A DNA stretch of 57,531 nucleotides, counting the filler, from Sphacelaria rigidula (taxonomy: Eukaryota), in assembly GCA_964200075.2 (NCBI GenBank). It is 5 parts of 5 records of this genome, joined end to end, with 100 filler letters (N's around TTAATTAATTAA, not from the genome) between each part and the next. Parts side by side here need not be neighbours in the genome. Positions count along the whole stretch, not along the records: positions 34,585 to 46,008 come from CAXNAA020004933.1; positions 46,109 to 57,531 come from CAXNAA020004934.1; 3 more parts are not named here. One strand, written 5' to 3'. Under the pieces are notes generated by a model. It was not told the origin of the DNA. It saw only the letters and a program-made list of their open reading frames with translations, and did not search any database. Position numbers and translations under genes: made by a program. This document shows positions 37,384-49,571 of the stretch, piece after piece (position 1 is the first letter of the stretch; each line of letters begins with the position of its first letter).

Positions 37384-39429
37384 GTGGCTGTGTGGTGTGT
37401 GGTGTGTGTGGTGAGTGGAGTGTGGTGGGTGGTGGGCAGTGGGGTGATGGGCGGTGGGACGATGTGCTGTCTACCACCCCCCCCCCCCCCGGTAAAATAA
37501 ATAAATAAATATATCGACCACATCAATACGATATTATATCAATACGATATTGATGTCGATATTGATACGTATCGACAAATATTGGATTGAGCAGCGGCGA
37601 TACCGATACGCCGTATCGACGGAGATTATCGAAATCGCATCGAGTATCGATATCCGATTTTCAACACTGGCGAAGAAGCATTTTCGAACGAAAAATCAAG
37701 CCACAATTTCGCGCAGATGGCAGCTGCGCCCAACATCCGACCAGCTTCACTCGAAAAGGGTTGTCTTGTGCTGCGGTGGACTGCGGTCATATCTCAAGGT
37801 GTCAGACGTTTACCTCAGTGTCCGTTGGTGCCGGGGTATCTATCGAAATGCCAAGCACGCGCAGTGTGACGCCGATAGAAAAAAAAACATGTTTTTCCGA
37901 ACCAGCCCGCATACAAGAATCATTGTACACGGAATGAGCTAGCACTAGCTGCAAAGTAGTCGCATGTCGCACGGGTGGCCAACCCTACACGAAGGAGCAC
38001 ATGTCCAACAGGCGGTACCGGTGGAAAGCTTTGTTCAAGGCGGAGTGTCGCTGCCAGTTTTCGGGTGAGAAGAATATTAGTTTCCGCGTTGGCCGATCCA
38101 ACCGGTGATGCTCTGTATGGGTTCCTCGTGGTCTAAATGTCGCGTGATGGTATGCAGATCGGTGACGGCCACGCTAGGAGTCTGAAGGTTGCACGGTGTG
38201 CATGGGGTAGTCTATGACGCATAGAATCCATCTGAAAAAAAGTGTCTCGATTTGTGTGTGGGGCATCACACAAGAGGCGATTGACTGCAAGCATGTCTCA
38301 TGGTAGGCGGGGGCTGCAAACTGCATATAAAATCCAGTATAACAGTTCATGATTCACCGCACAGTCCTGTCATGATGTGTGCTGTAGTTGAATGTCACAG
38401 TATTGCAGAATGTACCGCAAAATAGTACACGCCTTGTGCACGGTCCAGTACGGTATGCGATGGGATGGCAACACACAGGTCATTGTTGCGTGCTGGACTG
38501 TGCTGTTGTGTCGGTACTCGAGTGTCATGTGGTGTGCCGTCATGTACTGTACTGAGATGCGAACTACACGTCTGGTGCGGTGCACTTTTGGGCGACAGAC
38601 AGTACACAACACGATTTGCTGTGGAGCGGTGTGCCGCCATCTGCGGCACTCGATTGTATGGTAATGTGTCGTCCTGTACTGATGAGGGTGGTCCGCGATC
38701 ACGAGTGGGGTCGTGTGCGATGACAACAGAGAACACGCTGTATCGTGCTGCCCGACAGCGTTGGGTGCAGCACTCGACTGTAATCCCCTCCGGTGATATG
38801 TACTGAAAACGATCGCGAACCGCACGCTACGGTGATGCCCTCTGTTGTTTTGTAGGGCACCGGACTGCTTTCTACTTCGCTGCACCGTACTGTAAATTGG
38901 TGTGCACGATCCACCATCATGTACTGTTCGGTATTACCATGTGCACTTGTATCCTGTACTGTACTGTTTTGTGCTTTCCATTACGATACCACCCTGTATT
39001 GTACAATGTAGCTGGATTCCGTAACAATGTACTCCTGTGTGTTGGCCATTGCCTTGGTGAACCAACCCATCGGTAGACGGTCCTGACTGTTGGAAGCTTC
39101 ATGGCACCCGTCCTCACCCGCTGGCGTTCGCAAATTACCTCCAGGTTTGTCAACATGAACACGCCTTGCGAGGGACCTCGCCGGAGAGGGCAGCGGTCAC
39201 CCGAAGACGAGGTACATGGCGCTGCCACACCGGTAAGAGACGCCCCCCTCTAGACATGCACAAGATACCTTTCATGGTCTGTCGCCGCGTCCGATTTTGT
39301 GTCGAAAAGGGGGCACACCGTCGTCGCTGCTGTATTCCTTCCGACGTCATGGGCTCTCACCTAATATGTTGACAATTATACAGTAGTGGGCGCCTGAAGT
39401 GTTTGGGGTTATTTTTGTGGTTTTATCGC

Positions 39430-40290
39430 ATGGTCCTCTTCGATATAACTGTAGAGTGCTAGCGTCGGTATTGGTTAATGAATCTAACAGATCGTCCTCA
39501 GAACACAGTGCCCGAAATGAACAGCGTTTTCGTGGGATTGAAAGTGGAGGATGCGATTGAGAATGATACGCGGTAAATTACGGCATGGTTGATGGGAAGA
39601 TACCCTAAAGGAGAACCTACGTGCGCTAGGGGCCGTGCCGCACAAAGAAGCCCGACGAAAGTGGTTCGTCTACGGTGTAGAGGTTAACGATGCATACGAT
39701 TGGGTCACTGCGGCGAAGGACCTGGGCAAATGGCATATTGGAGTCGAAAAGGGAGCGGAAGAGTTTGAGGGCACGTGGCGACGCGCGGACAAGCGAGAAT
39801 CAGACCGCCGTCACAAGCGAGAGGCTACTGCGTCGCGGGCTGCCAATCGGAAAATCCTGTCCGCTCATATCGGTTGTTGATTATGTCCTTAGTCGGTGGC
39901 TCTGCGGTACCCACTGGTGTGTGTCTGTACCTACTCTGCTGCCCTGAATCCCTTAGGCCTTTTCCTTCCTTTTTTTTCCCCCATCGTGTCACTGTATTTT
40001 ATTTCATTTGCTTTGTACTTCCCTCTTCTTTTTCTTTTTTCGTGTTTTAGGTCGGCCATTTCTTTCTGTGCTTTGCTTGTGTTGACTTTTTTATTGTTTT
40101 TTTTGTCACGACGTAGTTTGCTGTGCCGTTCTGTTTGACCCCTCTTTCTTTTTTCGTTCTCTTCATGTTCCATCTTTTTTTCTCAGAGCGTGTTTCAGTT
40201 TCGTTTTTCTTGGGTACGTCTATCATGAGACCACCGCTGGACCCCTGGGGGGGCAGTTAAAGTGCGACAATCAATCGATGAATCAATCAA
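39430..40290 (+). mobile_element. 5'-truncated RTE-like LINE (ORF C-terminus, T-rich 3'UTR, conserved tail, (caat)n)
   Basis: LRALGAVPHKEARRKWFVYGVEVNDAYDWVTAAKDLGKWHIGVEKGAEEF; tail cttgggtacgtctatcatgagaccaccgctggac...gcgacaatcaatc. Confidence 0.82.
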
Positions 40291-40999
40291 CGCATCAGTG
40301 GCGCTCAAGCCGTAAAAAACCCTCGTGTTTGCTTCTCGAACTGTAATGGGCGCGCCTGACCCCCAAAATGAGCCAAAAAAGTGTCAGCGACCAAAAGCAC
40401 GAACAGACCGGAGATCTCGTTCATCTTCTGACTATGAACGCCGCAAAATCCCTCAAAGTACTTTTGATTCGAGTAGGGTATCCATTCCACGCTTTAGAAG
40501 TTTTCTCGTTCCGGAGGACGAACCACGGCGTGGCTCGGCTACTCACCGGCGTGTATTTGTCCAAGCTACAATCGTACCGGTTGGGTTTACCCAAGACGGT
40601 ACGGTGATCGAGAAAATCGCAAAAAACACATATTTTTTTTCACTTAATTCGTTATAAAACTCGCATCCTGATGAGATAAAGAATATTCAATCGGTACAAC
40701 TGTAGCTGTCGTCTTGGCGCAGATGATGCAAAAAGTCGCATCCCAATCGATGGCGGTGGCGATGAGTATTCTCTGAGACAAATTGGGCTGTGATCGCAAA
40801 CACGCGCCTCCAACCCACGCCAGTCTCCACGAAGCGCGAAAACCTCACCCCTGTCTTACGGCTTCGAAATAGATGAAACCCATGAATGACTCTTGATAGT
40901 GCAGATGGTTGATACATCGGATACGCGGAATGTTGCAGAATTTGAACCTTCGACCGAGCCCCCAGAAGCAAGAATCATGATCGCGACCTCGCAGCAGCG

Positions 41000-41850
41000 G
41001 AGAGAACAAGTTTTAACACTGGCCCTAACGAAGGCATACCGAGAACCATCGGGCGAGGCGGGTGCAACGTGCTTCGTAGGCGAAGGGTGCGTCGCCAGAC
41101 CTCGAATCGGCGCCCCAGGCGCCGATTCAGACAAAAACGCGTTCTGGGACGCTAGGAGAATGCTAGGAGCACAGCCCCCATGAAAGTTCCGGATTTCGGT
41201 TTCACACCAAGATCAAGATTGACCGACTCACGCTCCCGAATGGGAAAGAATACTGCGCCAAGACGATACAAAGTGGTCGGCCCACTTTCGCTGAAGCCAC
41301 ATGGCACCGAAGCCCCAATCATGTCTTTCAGTGGACCCACCCGTCCTAAGACACGCGTCTGTTGTATCGGCAATGGTGGGTGACGGGCGACCGTTTGTTT
41401 TGATTCCCTCTTGCAAAACAACATCTTTGGAGTCCGCTGAACCCTTTGACCGCGAGGATAGTCCATCTGGACCATGCATACTTTTTTCAAGTGAAAAATG
41501 ATGCCGATTCAGCACGCGACCAACCGTTGCGGTCAAAGGGTTAATATCGTATTCATGAGATGAAAAGCCATGCCCACAGGACAACAAATATACTTGCACA
41601 AGGCAAGTCGTTCATCTGTCGAATGATGGCAATCGATGAATCAAGTTCCTCAAAACATGACGAGGTTGTGGACCAACACCGACCCAGCCCACAATACAAA
41701 CCCGGTGACTAATTGTTCTCCGCTCGTCTGTGTAAGGGCCGTCCCCGTTGAAGTTCATAAGTCCATATGGCTCATTTTGGCCCAATTTCGATCCGTATCC
41801 CCTCCCGAAAATGAATCAGCTTGCTGGTTTCAGTTATCGGCGTTGGGCTA
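41000..41850 (-). pseudogene. Decayed intronless ORF with 2OG-Fe(II) oxygenase (AlkB-like) motifs; homologous fragment at 50011-50155 (+)
   Basis: TTCLVQVYLLSCGHGFSSHEYDIN ... GLATHPSPTKHVAPASPDGSRYAFVR across stops and frameshifts. Confidence 0.4.
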
Positions 41851-44800
41851 CAAATGTTCATGGTTGACATTACTTGATTTCAGTGTTACGACGAGAATCG
41901 GAATTTGAGTAGTGCTGACGGTCCCGTACCCTCCTCGGGTGCGCACAACGCGTTTTCGTTGAAATCGGCGCCACAGAAGCCGATTTGGGGTCCACCAAGG
42001 CCTCACTTTCTTCAGGCAATGTATGTACCGCCCTTGCCCGAGTGTTCTCGGGGTGCGTTGGATTGGTTCAACCCAATCAGCCTCCTTGCATGCCAGGGTA
42101 TTGCAAGCGCGGACGAAAGGCGACGCAGTGGCCTGAAATATATGAGGAACAACGGAAATAACGGTAGGGTTCTGATTTTAGACGGCAGTCCACTTTTTTT
42201 CGATATGAATTTTGGATCCATGCCGTTCTCTTCCGATGATGTAAGGCGCATTTTACTCCACACGCCTGGATAAGCCCCAGAAGTCGGTCTGTTCGTGTCT
42301 GTTCGTGATATTGGTCGGTGACACTTTTTTTGCCCATTTTGGGGAGTCAGGCGCGCCCATAACTGTGATGTCGGCCAAAAAGATGCCAGGAGATTGTACC
42401 TTACCGCAAGCAAAGACGAAGTTCTTCACAATTGCTTTTTTTTAATCGTTCTGCGTCAATTGACGGCCCATAAGAGAGATAGGCGGAGTTCGACACGTTA
42501 GATTTACAAGCTCTACTCCTAGACGCGGTTTCACGATGTCTTGGGCGTTTAGCGGTTGCCATTTTTTTTTTGTGCACAAACATCCATTTTTGTTCAAGGA
42601 TGATCACGAACATTCGAATGTAGAAAATGTCGCTATTTTTTTCGGTGGACTTGACCGTCTCTGGGTAAGACAGCTGGTTTGGTGAAAAAAACTGCCGCCA
42701 CTGGGGGATACTTCTGTGTCGTAAAACTCCCAACAGGAGTCGAGGATCCCATTCCAACGTGTAAACCTCCGCCTCTCTTTTGGCCATGTCGGTACCCTCC
42801 TCTTGTGTAACACCCGTAACATAGGATTCAAAGACGAGACAACACTCGTTTCATTGTCCGACTGCCTTGTCCCATGCTTGCCGTCAGTCGTGCCTTTCCC
42901 GTCAGGTGACCGCAGGGATGGGCGCCGAGGGGTGTCGCGGATGATGTACATAAGCTCAGAATTGCGCCAGGCTGGGTACAGTGTTCGTTCCCAACTATGC
43001 TGAGCGAATTGGTCACCCGTGTTTGAAGTGGTGGTTAGGGTACTGGATGTAGATTTCTGCGGCTTTTGTGACGGAGTCGGTGACCAAAGGTCTACTGGGT
43101 GTCCTTTGCCGCGCAATGATGCGGTTCAAGGCGCACGCCATAGCCCGCTATCGATCGACGCCGGAGCGGAATCCATCGTGGCGCCGCCACTTACAGTACA
43201 GCTCGCAGCTGTTTTTGTCATGGCTATGGTTTGGGGGCTATGCGGAGATAAGTTGAGGAGTCAAGTCCTTACTGGCGACGGTCAAGGCAGCACATAGAGT
43301 TGACTTCTTCAGGAAGCGCTCTGTGGGGTATATCGTCTTCATTCATGGTGCTTACAAAGGGAATAATAAGAAATATCTTCACCGGCAAATTCTCTTTCGA
43401 ACCACCGCTGGCGTGATCCGAGCGCGCATTCATGCTCCGGCAGAGGACCGGACTGGAATGTTTGGCGCACATGAGGGTGTGCGGCGTAGCCTGCCAAAAT
43501 CATTCCCCCCTTTCCGCGTATATACCAGGGACCACCATATTCACCAATATCTGTGTGCCTCAATATTGTAGGGGGGCGATGCTGTTGCTCATATTCGTCT
43601 CCCACACATAAGTTGCAGCATTAGTGTAAGTCATCTTCGAGGATAAATTGTATCATTGGGGAGACCGCAGCACCTGGGGGTGGGCGTTGGCTACACCGGG
43701 GCCAGCAATCGTGACTTGTAACATATCCCGAGATAAATTTTTTTTCTCTGATCCTTCGGGGCGCTTTCATATATCAACCAAAGGCCCGGATCCAATGGGG
43801 CAGCCGTAACCACCGACGAGCTTGCGAAACATGTAAAGCAAAAACGTGCAGTCGACAAAATATCTCCAGACACCCCAGGGGGCAGCGAAAAAACAAATAC
43901 GGGGCACGTGGGCCCCAAAATCGAAAAAAAAAGGGGGGGGGAAGGGGGGCACCCAGCCGTCCGTACCCTGGTTTATTGCAGAAGCGCTGGCGGATGCGGT
44001 CAGCTACCGTGGACAGAGATCCTTGGCATGGAGACCTGATGCCATCGGGACGGAGCGGACAAGGAGTAGAAGCAAATATATAAACCACGCAGAGCCCACT
44101 AAACTTTTCGGTCTTTGCCAGTATTTATTGGTCAATTTCGTGCAAACAAAATCAACGGGAAAAAAAATAAATCAAACGGTTTTCCGAAAATATGCCCTCC
44201 GGCATCTGAGGTCATCGGGAAAGAGGGGCAAGGACGAGGAGCAGATATACAAACCCCGCAAAGATCATCAGACTTTTAGATATTTGTTAGCGTTCTTTTC
44301 ATCAATTTCTTGCGACAGAATCGACAGAAAAAAATAAGAACAGTCTTGATTGATCAATTCTGCATTGATAATTTTTTTGCAACAAAGTTGACAAAAACAA
44401 ATAAAGAATATCATGACAGTTTTCAGAAAACTGTCCGCCGGGGGAGGGGGGGCAGGGGCTACGTGTCCGAAACTTTTCTCCGCGCTGCCCCCTGGACGCA
44501 CCCACACTCAGTGTTGCTCCAGATTTCCACCTGCACAACACCTCTGTTTGCATCGAACGATTCTGCGGATACCACTGCAACGGTGCCGCGTCAAAGGGCC
44601 GTATGCAGATCCTTCACACTCACGCAGTCATGTTCTCTTGTGCAGAAACTCTACAGTCATGCTGTCATGTTTTCTTGTGCAAATCTCTCGAGCTGTGCCG
44701 TGTTGCCCAGGGGAGCACATTTGATCCAAGGACGTTGCTGTACGTGGGATATGCGGCGCAACCCCACCTCATGTATTTTGCCACGGTTGACCAGGGTCTT

Positions 44801-46711
44801 TCCCCGCATTTTGTATGCATGTTTGAAAGTGGATTTCTTCACATCGACTGCAAGTCAGTAAGTGAAACATAGAGCACTACTCGGTCACATCACAACTAGC
44901 ATGTTTCCCGGGCGCCGACGCTTGCGGTGGGGCGCCTGAAAGGAGGCGAATTCCGAAATTCGGCAAATCCGGTAAAACGCACTCTAGGCGACCGCCCCGT
45001 TACCCATAAGTGCGTGCACCGTCAGGAAACACACAGGTGAATTTACTCGTCCACTTACTTCGACGTCATCTGCACGTAGGGCGCCGCTACGCTGAGGAAC
45101 GAATGTTGATCTGAACTGGAACACCCGCTGGATAATGACAATCAGTGGGAAACACCGGTGCGCATTGCCTGTAGAGGTGCTCAATTCGGGAAACACGGCA
45201 GCACGCGCGCTGTGGGAGCTGCGAGTCGCTGAAACTTCGCCCATATGTCACCATAACCACATAAAACTACCTCATATAGCTGAATCTGTCGTGGGGCCTT
45301 ACAGCAGCGTGTGCCAGTGAGACGAAAGGTCAGATTCTGTTCCGATTTTATTTTTCTATAGGACTAATGCCGAGATAGCCCCTCCACAAAAAGTGTACCG
45401 GAGATCGTCCGACAAACCGGCTGCGATCCCACTATTGGGCTCGTTTGCAGCAATTTCGCCCCCATGGGAGGCGTGTAGCAGTCCGAAACCAGCTATAACG
45501 CCCAAATGAGTCGCGTCGTGCAGCACACCAGCTCAAACAGCATTTATGATCATCGCCTCCGAGCACGTTTTTGGCCGGTTCAGAGGGGGGCTATCTCGGC
45601 ATCAGTCATCGACGTAACACTGCGCGTTTCTCTTGATATCGCATCACAACCATTGGACTTGCATCTGAATAGCATGGCATTTTCTTGCACCGAATTCTTG
45701 CTCTCGATCGAAAAAAACTGTTCTGTTTCGGGCCATGTTTCGGTAGCGGACGAAGAAACGACGACGAAAAATTGAAGAAATTTTTTGGACAACAACTGAC
45801 GTATCCCCCTCAGAACGGATTTTCCAACTCCTGCCGCTTATCTCGCTACGAAGTAGGGCTAACCGAACAAGAAAAAGGGTTATTCCAAATCAAGTATGAC
45901 AGTCGGTCGCCACGATGCCACCTCCGAAAAACAATCTTTGCGACTGGTACCTGGAACTGTGACGGTAGCAGGTTTGCTAGTACTGCAGCGTCTAAATGCG
46001 GTTGAGGGNNNNNNNNNNNNNNNNNNNNNNNNNNNNNNNNNNNNNNNNNNNNTTAATTAATTAANNNNNNNNNNNNNNNNNNNNNNNNNNNNNNNNNNNN
46101 NNNNNNNNCAATACGTTGTTCCGGTGTGGGGAGGGGGTGGCGGCGGAGGGGGGGTGGGGTGGGCGTGGGGCGAGCCGGCCTCACCAATTGCTTGCTTGCT
46201 ATCAAGCTGTTCGACCACCGACCACGCATACCTCTCGAGGCGGACGGGGAAGGGGAAATATTGTGATGGGTTTGAATCCCGATAGCGAATGGTTTCACTA
46301 CATCGCGGAAAGCGGGGCGTCGTACGTGGGTGAAAAAATCAACGACAACCCGACACGTCGCGCGAGATCTGGTCCAACGGTCGGTAGAAAAGTTATTCAG
46401 CGAAGTAGACTGCCGCGACCCTGTTGTCCAATGGTAAAAGTGACACCATCAGGGTGAGGGGAGAACGGGAGTTCGATTCCCGTCAAAGATACATGCTTAG
46501 TTTGCCTTGTTATCTGGGAAGTGTCTGATGAAAGCGTGAAGATGTGAGTACTGGTATGATACCCTGCTTGACTTTGAGTTTGCAGGACGACAGTCGATGC
46601 GGAGCGCGAGTGCTTGGTCATGATCCAATCCGCGATCGACACCGAAATGTAAGGCGTGTACTGGGGAAGTGGATGTGCTGATCCCTTCAGGCCCTGAACT
46701 CGCCCCGAGGG

Positions 46712-49571
46712 AGGGGGGGGGGGCGTACTCATTTGTTGCTTGCCTTAGTCATTTGACCATTGACCAATCGGGGAGGGGAGGGGTTGCGAGACGGAGAAGG
46801 GGAAAAAAAGTATCGGGGAAAGTAAGTTGTTTCACTTTGGCTACGCACTCGTCCCGAGCGAGGGGGGCAATTCTGCACCAAAAACAACTCATTCTCGGGT
46901 GTCGTCCAAGCGCGAAATGGTTGACAAAGTCGTGCGCAAGTTTGCAAGTGAAGCTGGATCATCTCCAGACAACGGGCTAAGGGTGCTTTCCCTCCATACG
47001 GAACACAACTGAACATGTGGTGAATGACGTGGGCCGGGCAATGATGCGGCAAGAGGCCCACTTACTTTGCGGCACAGGAAGAAATCAGCACCGCTTGCTC
47101 CGTGCTATCGGGATAAAACTGCAACGCTGCTCTCGATCCCCGCTTCAGCGTGCCGTACAACGACGTGAAGAACCGCAGCAGACGTGTCTTTGCCACTTGC
47201 TCGCTTGTTTGCGCGTAGCACAGCCACTGTTGCCCGTTTTCGATGGGAAAGCGCGTTCGATGTACCAAACAATCCAGCGAATCGATCACACGAACAAAGA
47301 TCAACGCAAGAAGGGCAGAGGAGGGCGGGCGTCGTCTATTGTTGTTGTTGTTGTTGTCTCCGCGTCAAAATACGGCTCCGATATTTGAGCAGTACTGTGT
47401 ACTGGGCATCTGATGCCGACGCCTTCCGTGGTCACAGGTTAACTACCCCAAGCTAACGGGGTAAAAAAATCATGAAATAAATCGGACCCAGAAACATTTC
47501 ACATAGACGTGATACAAAAAAAATGAAAATGAAATAAAATAAGATAAAAATACAAGAAAAAAAAAGAGTCTATGCAACAGTTAATCCAATCAATCACACG
47601 TATAAAACCGAGAGAAGGGCAAAGTAGGGTGGGCGTCGCGAAGCAATCTGATTGAAGAGAAATGTGAATAATCATCTACGCAACAGGCCGCCTAGCATAT
47701 CGTAACTCAGGTTGTGCTGTTACACTACAACAAGGCAGAAACAATCAGGCGTGTGGCTCAACTCTTCAAGGGTGAGACGAATAACGATTCGTCTGAGAAT
47801 TACTTGCTCTCTAGTGCATATTGATTCGTACCGTACAGATCAATCCCTGGGTTTTGTTTTCAGCGCCGCACCTCACGCACGCGCACTCCAGGCAGGTGGA
47901 ATGGCGCAAGATTTACGAAAGGCTTCTGTGGCCCGCGGTGAACGTTCTTCCCGCTTCAGGACACAATCAGGCCTAAGAAGCCGTAGATTCGGTTACTCGG
48001 ACCAACAAAAGTTCGTCCGACCCGCGAAAACTTTCTCCGACTTCCCCGAATCGCCCCGCCGGTGGTACATTTTATCCAGTCAGTCACCAGCTCGCCGACA
48101 CCTAAGCTCTCCCGCCCACGAAAGATTGAAGCTACACACCGGGGTTACTTCCACGACTGCTCTTCGGAGGCTGTCGGCAAAAAAATCCTGTTCCAACATA
48201 TCGAAGTCGGCGGTAGACGCAGACAGACCTACCTGCAACGCCGATACACTGATGCAGCCATCGAAGGTGGCCGGTCGGAAGGGCAAACCAGTGCCCATAT
48301 CGTGTTGGCAGAGATCTCCGAAACTGCACCGACGTACAAGCATCACAGATAAACGGAGAGAGGCGCACGAGGAATGGGTACTATTATGACGGTAAGATGC
48401 AATGAATCTTTAAAAGTATATGCAGCAATACCTCTCTCACTGCACCGTCCCATCACACGCTTTCAAGGGTGCTGAGGGTACGATAGGGTAGGGGTAAGGG
48501 TAGGGACTCACCAACGGGCCAATTTTTTCAGATTTTTCCTTCACCCCTTTCCGAAAAATTGGAGAATTTCGCACTCTGGAAAACATGTGGTCAATAGTTG
48601 CAAAAATAAAAATGTACTGCGTATAGTATGGGCCAGTAACAACTATTGCCGGTCCGGACACTCACTTAGACCGGTAATAGTTGTAGTAGGCCCATACTTT
48701 GCGAAGTACCCCGATACCTAGATCGCGATTCATGCTTGGTCGGCGTTCATGCGAAGGTCCTTCTATGTGCTCAATCCTAGCCGCTTTATGCACTCAATCG
48801 CTGAAGCTCGTCGGGTATGTACGGTTGAGTCGACATGCTTTCATGTATCGCTCAGGCCGGAACGTACAGTCACGTAGTCACCGCCGCACTCACGCACCAC
48901 ACAGTCTAAACACGGTACAAATCCCTGTTGACCCTTCCCAACTGTGCCCGGGGCTAACCCCTGCTGCCACACAGAAGAGAATTCCACAGGTGATGCAAAC
49001 TAGACAAGACTTGAGAAAGGCGCGCCCCTCGTGCCCCCTCCCCCCCCCCCCTTCCCCCCCTCCCGCCCTGGCCACCCGTGTCGTGTCTCACTCTGTCTCC
49101 CTCTCGTTCGCAACGTCGAGCATGTCGCGGCTGATGTCAACACCCAGCCACACGTGCCCGTGGTCCTCGAGCGCTTCCCCACTCAAACCGCTCCCGCAAC
49201 CGACGTCCAGGATGAAGCAAGATTTCCCGGGCTGCGGTGCGGTCAATGAAGGGCGGTGGCGGGAGGAGTAGAGTCAAAGGCGATCGATGAGTTTATTGAC
49301 GAGGGTATACTGAATATTACAACCAGCTGAAGTGCAACATTGCGAAGGTTGTTGTGGGAGACGGTGAAAGTGCGACGCCGCGATGGTACTCCCCCCCCCC
49401 TCCCCCCCCCGAACCAGCCTGCAATGTAATACATGGAAGAAACGAAGTGAGCGCCCAAGTGTTTGAGGTGTCGCTACTAGGAGTAGATACAGTGCTCCGT
49501 CTCGAAAGGGATGCGCGATCAATGGTCAAATGGGTGAGGCAGGCAACAAATGAGAACACCCCCCCCCCCCC
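46712..49571. repeat. ~80-bp inverted repeat pair (46712-46797 / 49494-49571) enclosing the BUD23 exons
   Basis: Gn-cgtactcatttgttgcttgccttagtcatttgaccattgacc..cgagacggag versus ctccgtctcg..gatcaatggtcaaatgggtgaggcaggcaacaaatgagaaca-Cn. Confidence 0.8.
47066..49231 (-). CDS. BUD23: 18S rRNA m7G methyltransferase BUD23/WBSCR22, internal exons 49092-49231, 48233-48323, 47066-47226
   Basis: [89 protein letters not shown]. Splice phases are compatible; 5' and 3' exons not found. Confidence 0.93.

Noticed and set aside
44460-44860. Possible DNA methyltransferase motif in a decayed ORF
   Set aside because: No FxGxG or PC motif is recoverable; the similarity is too vague.
47712-48389. 225-aa plus-strand ORF
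   Set aside because: Overlaps a BUD23 exon and intron antisense; no recognisable domain.
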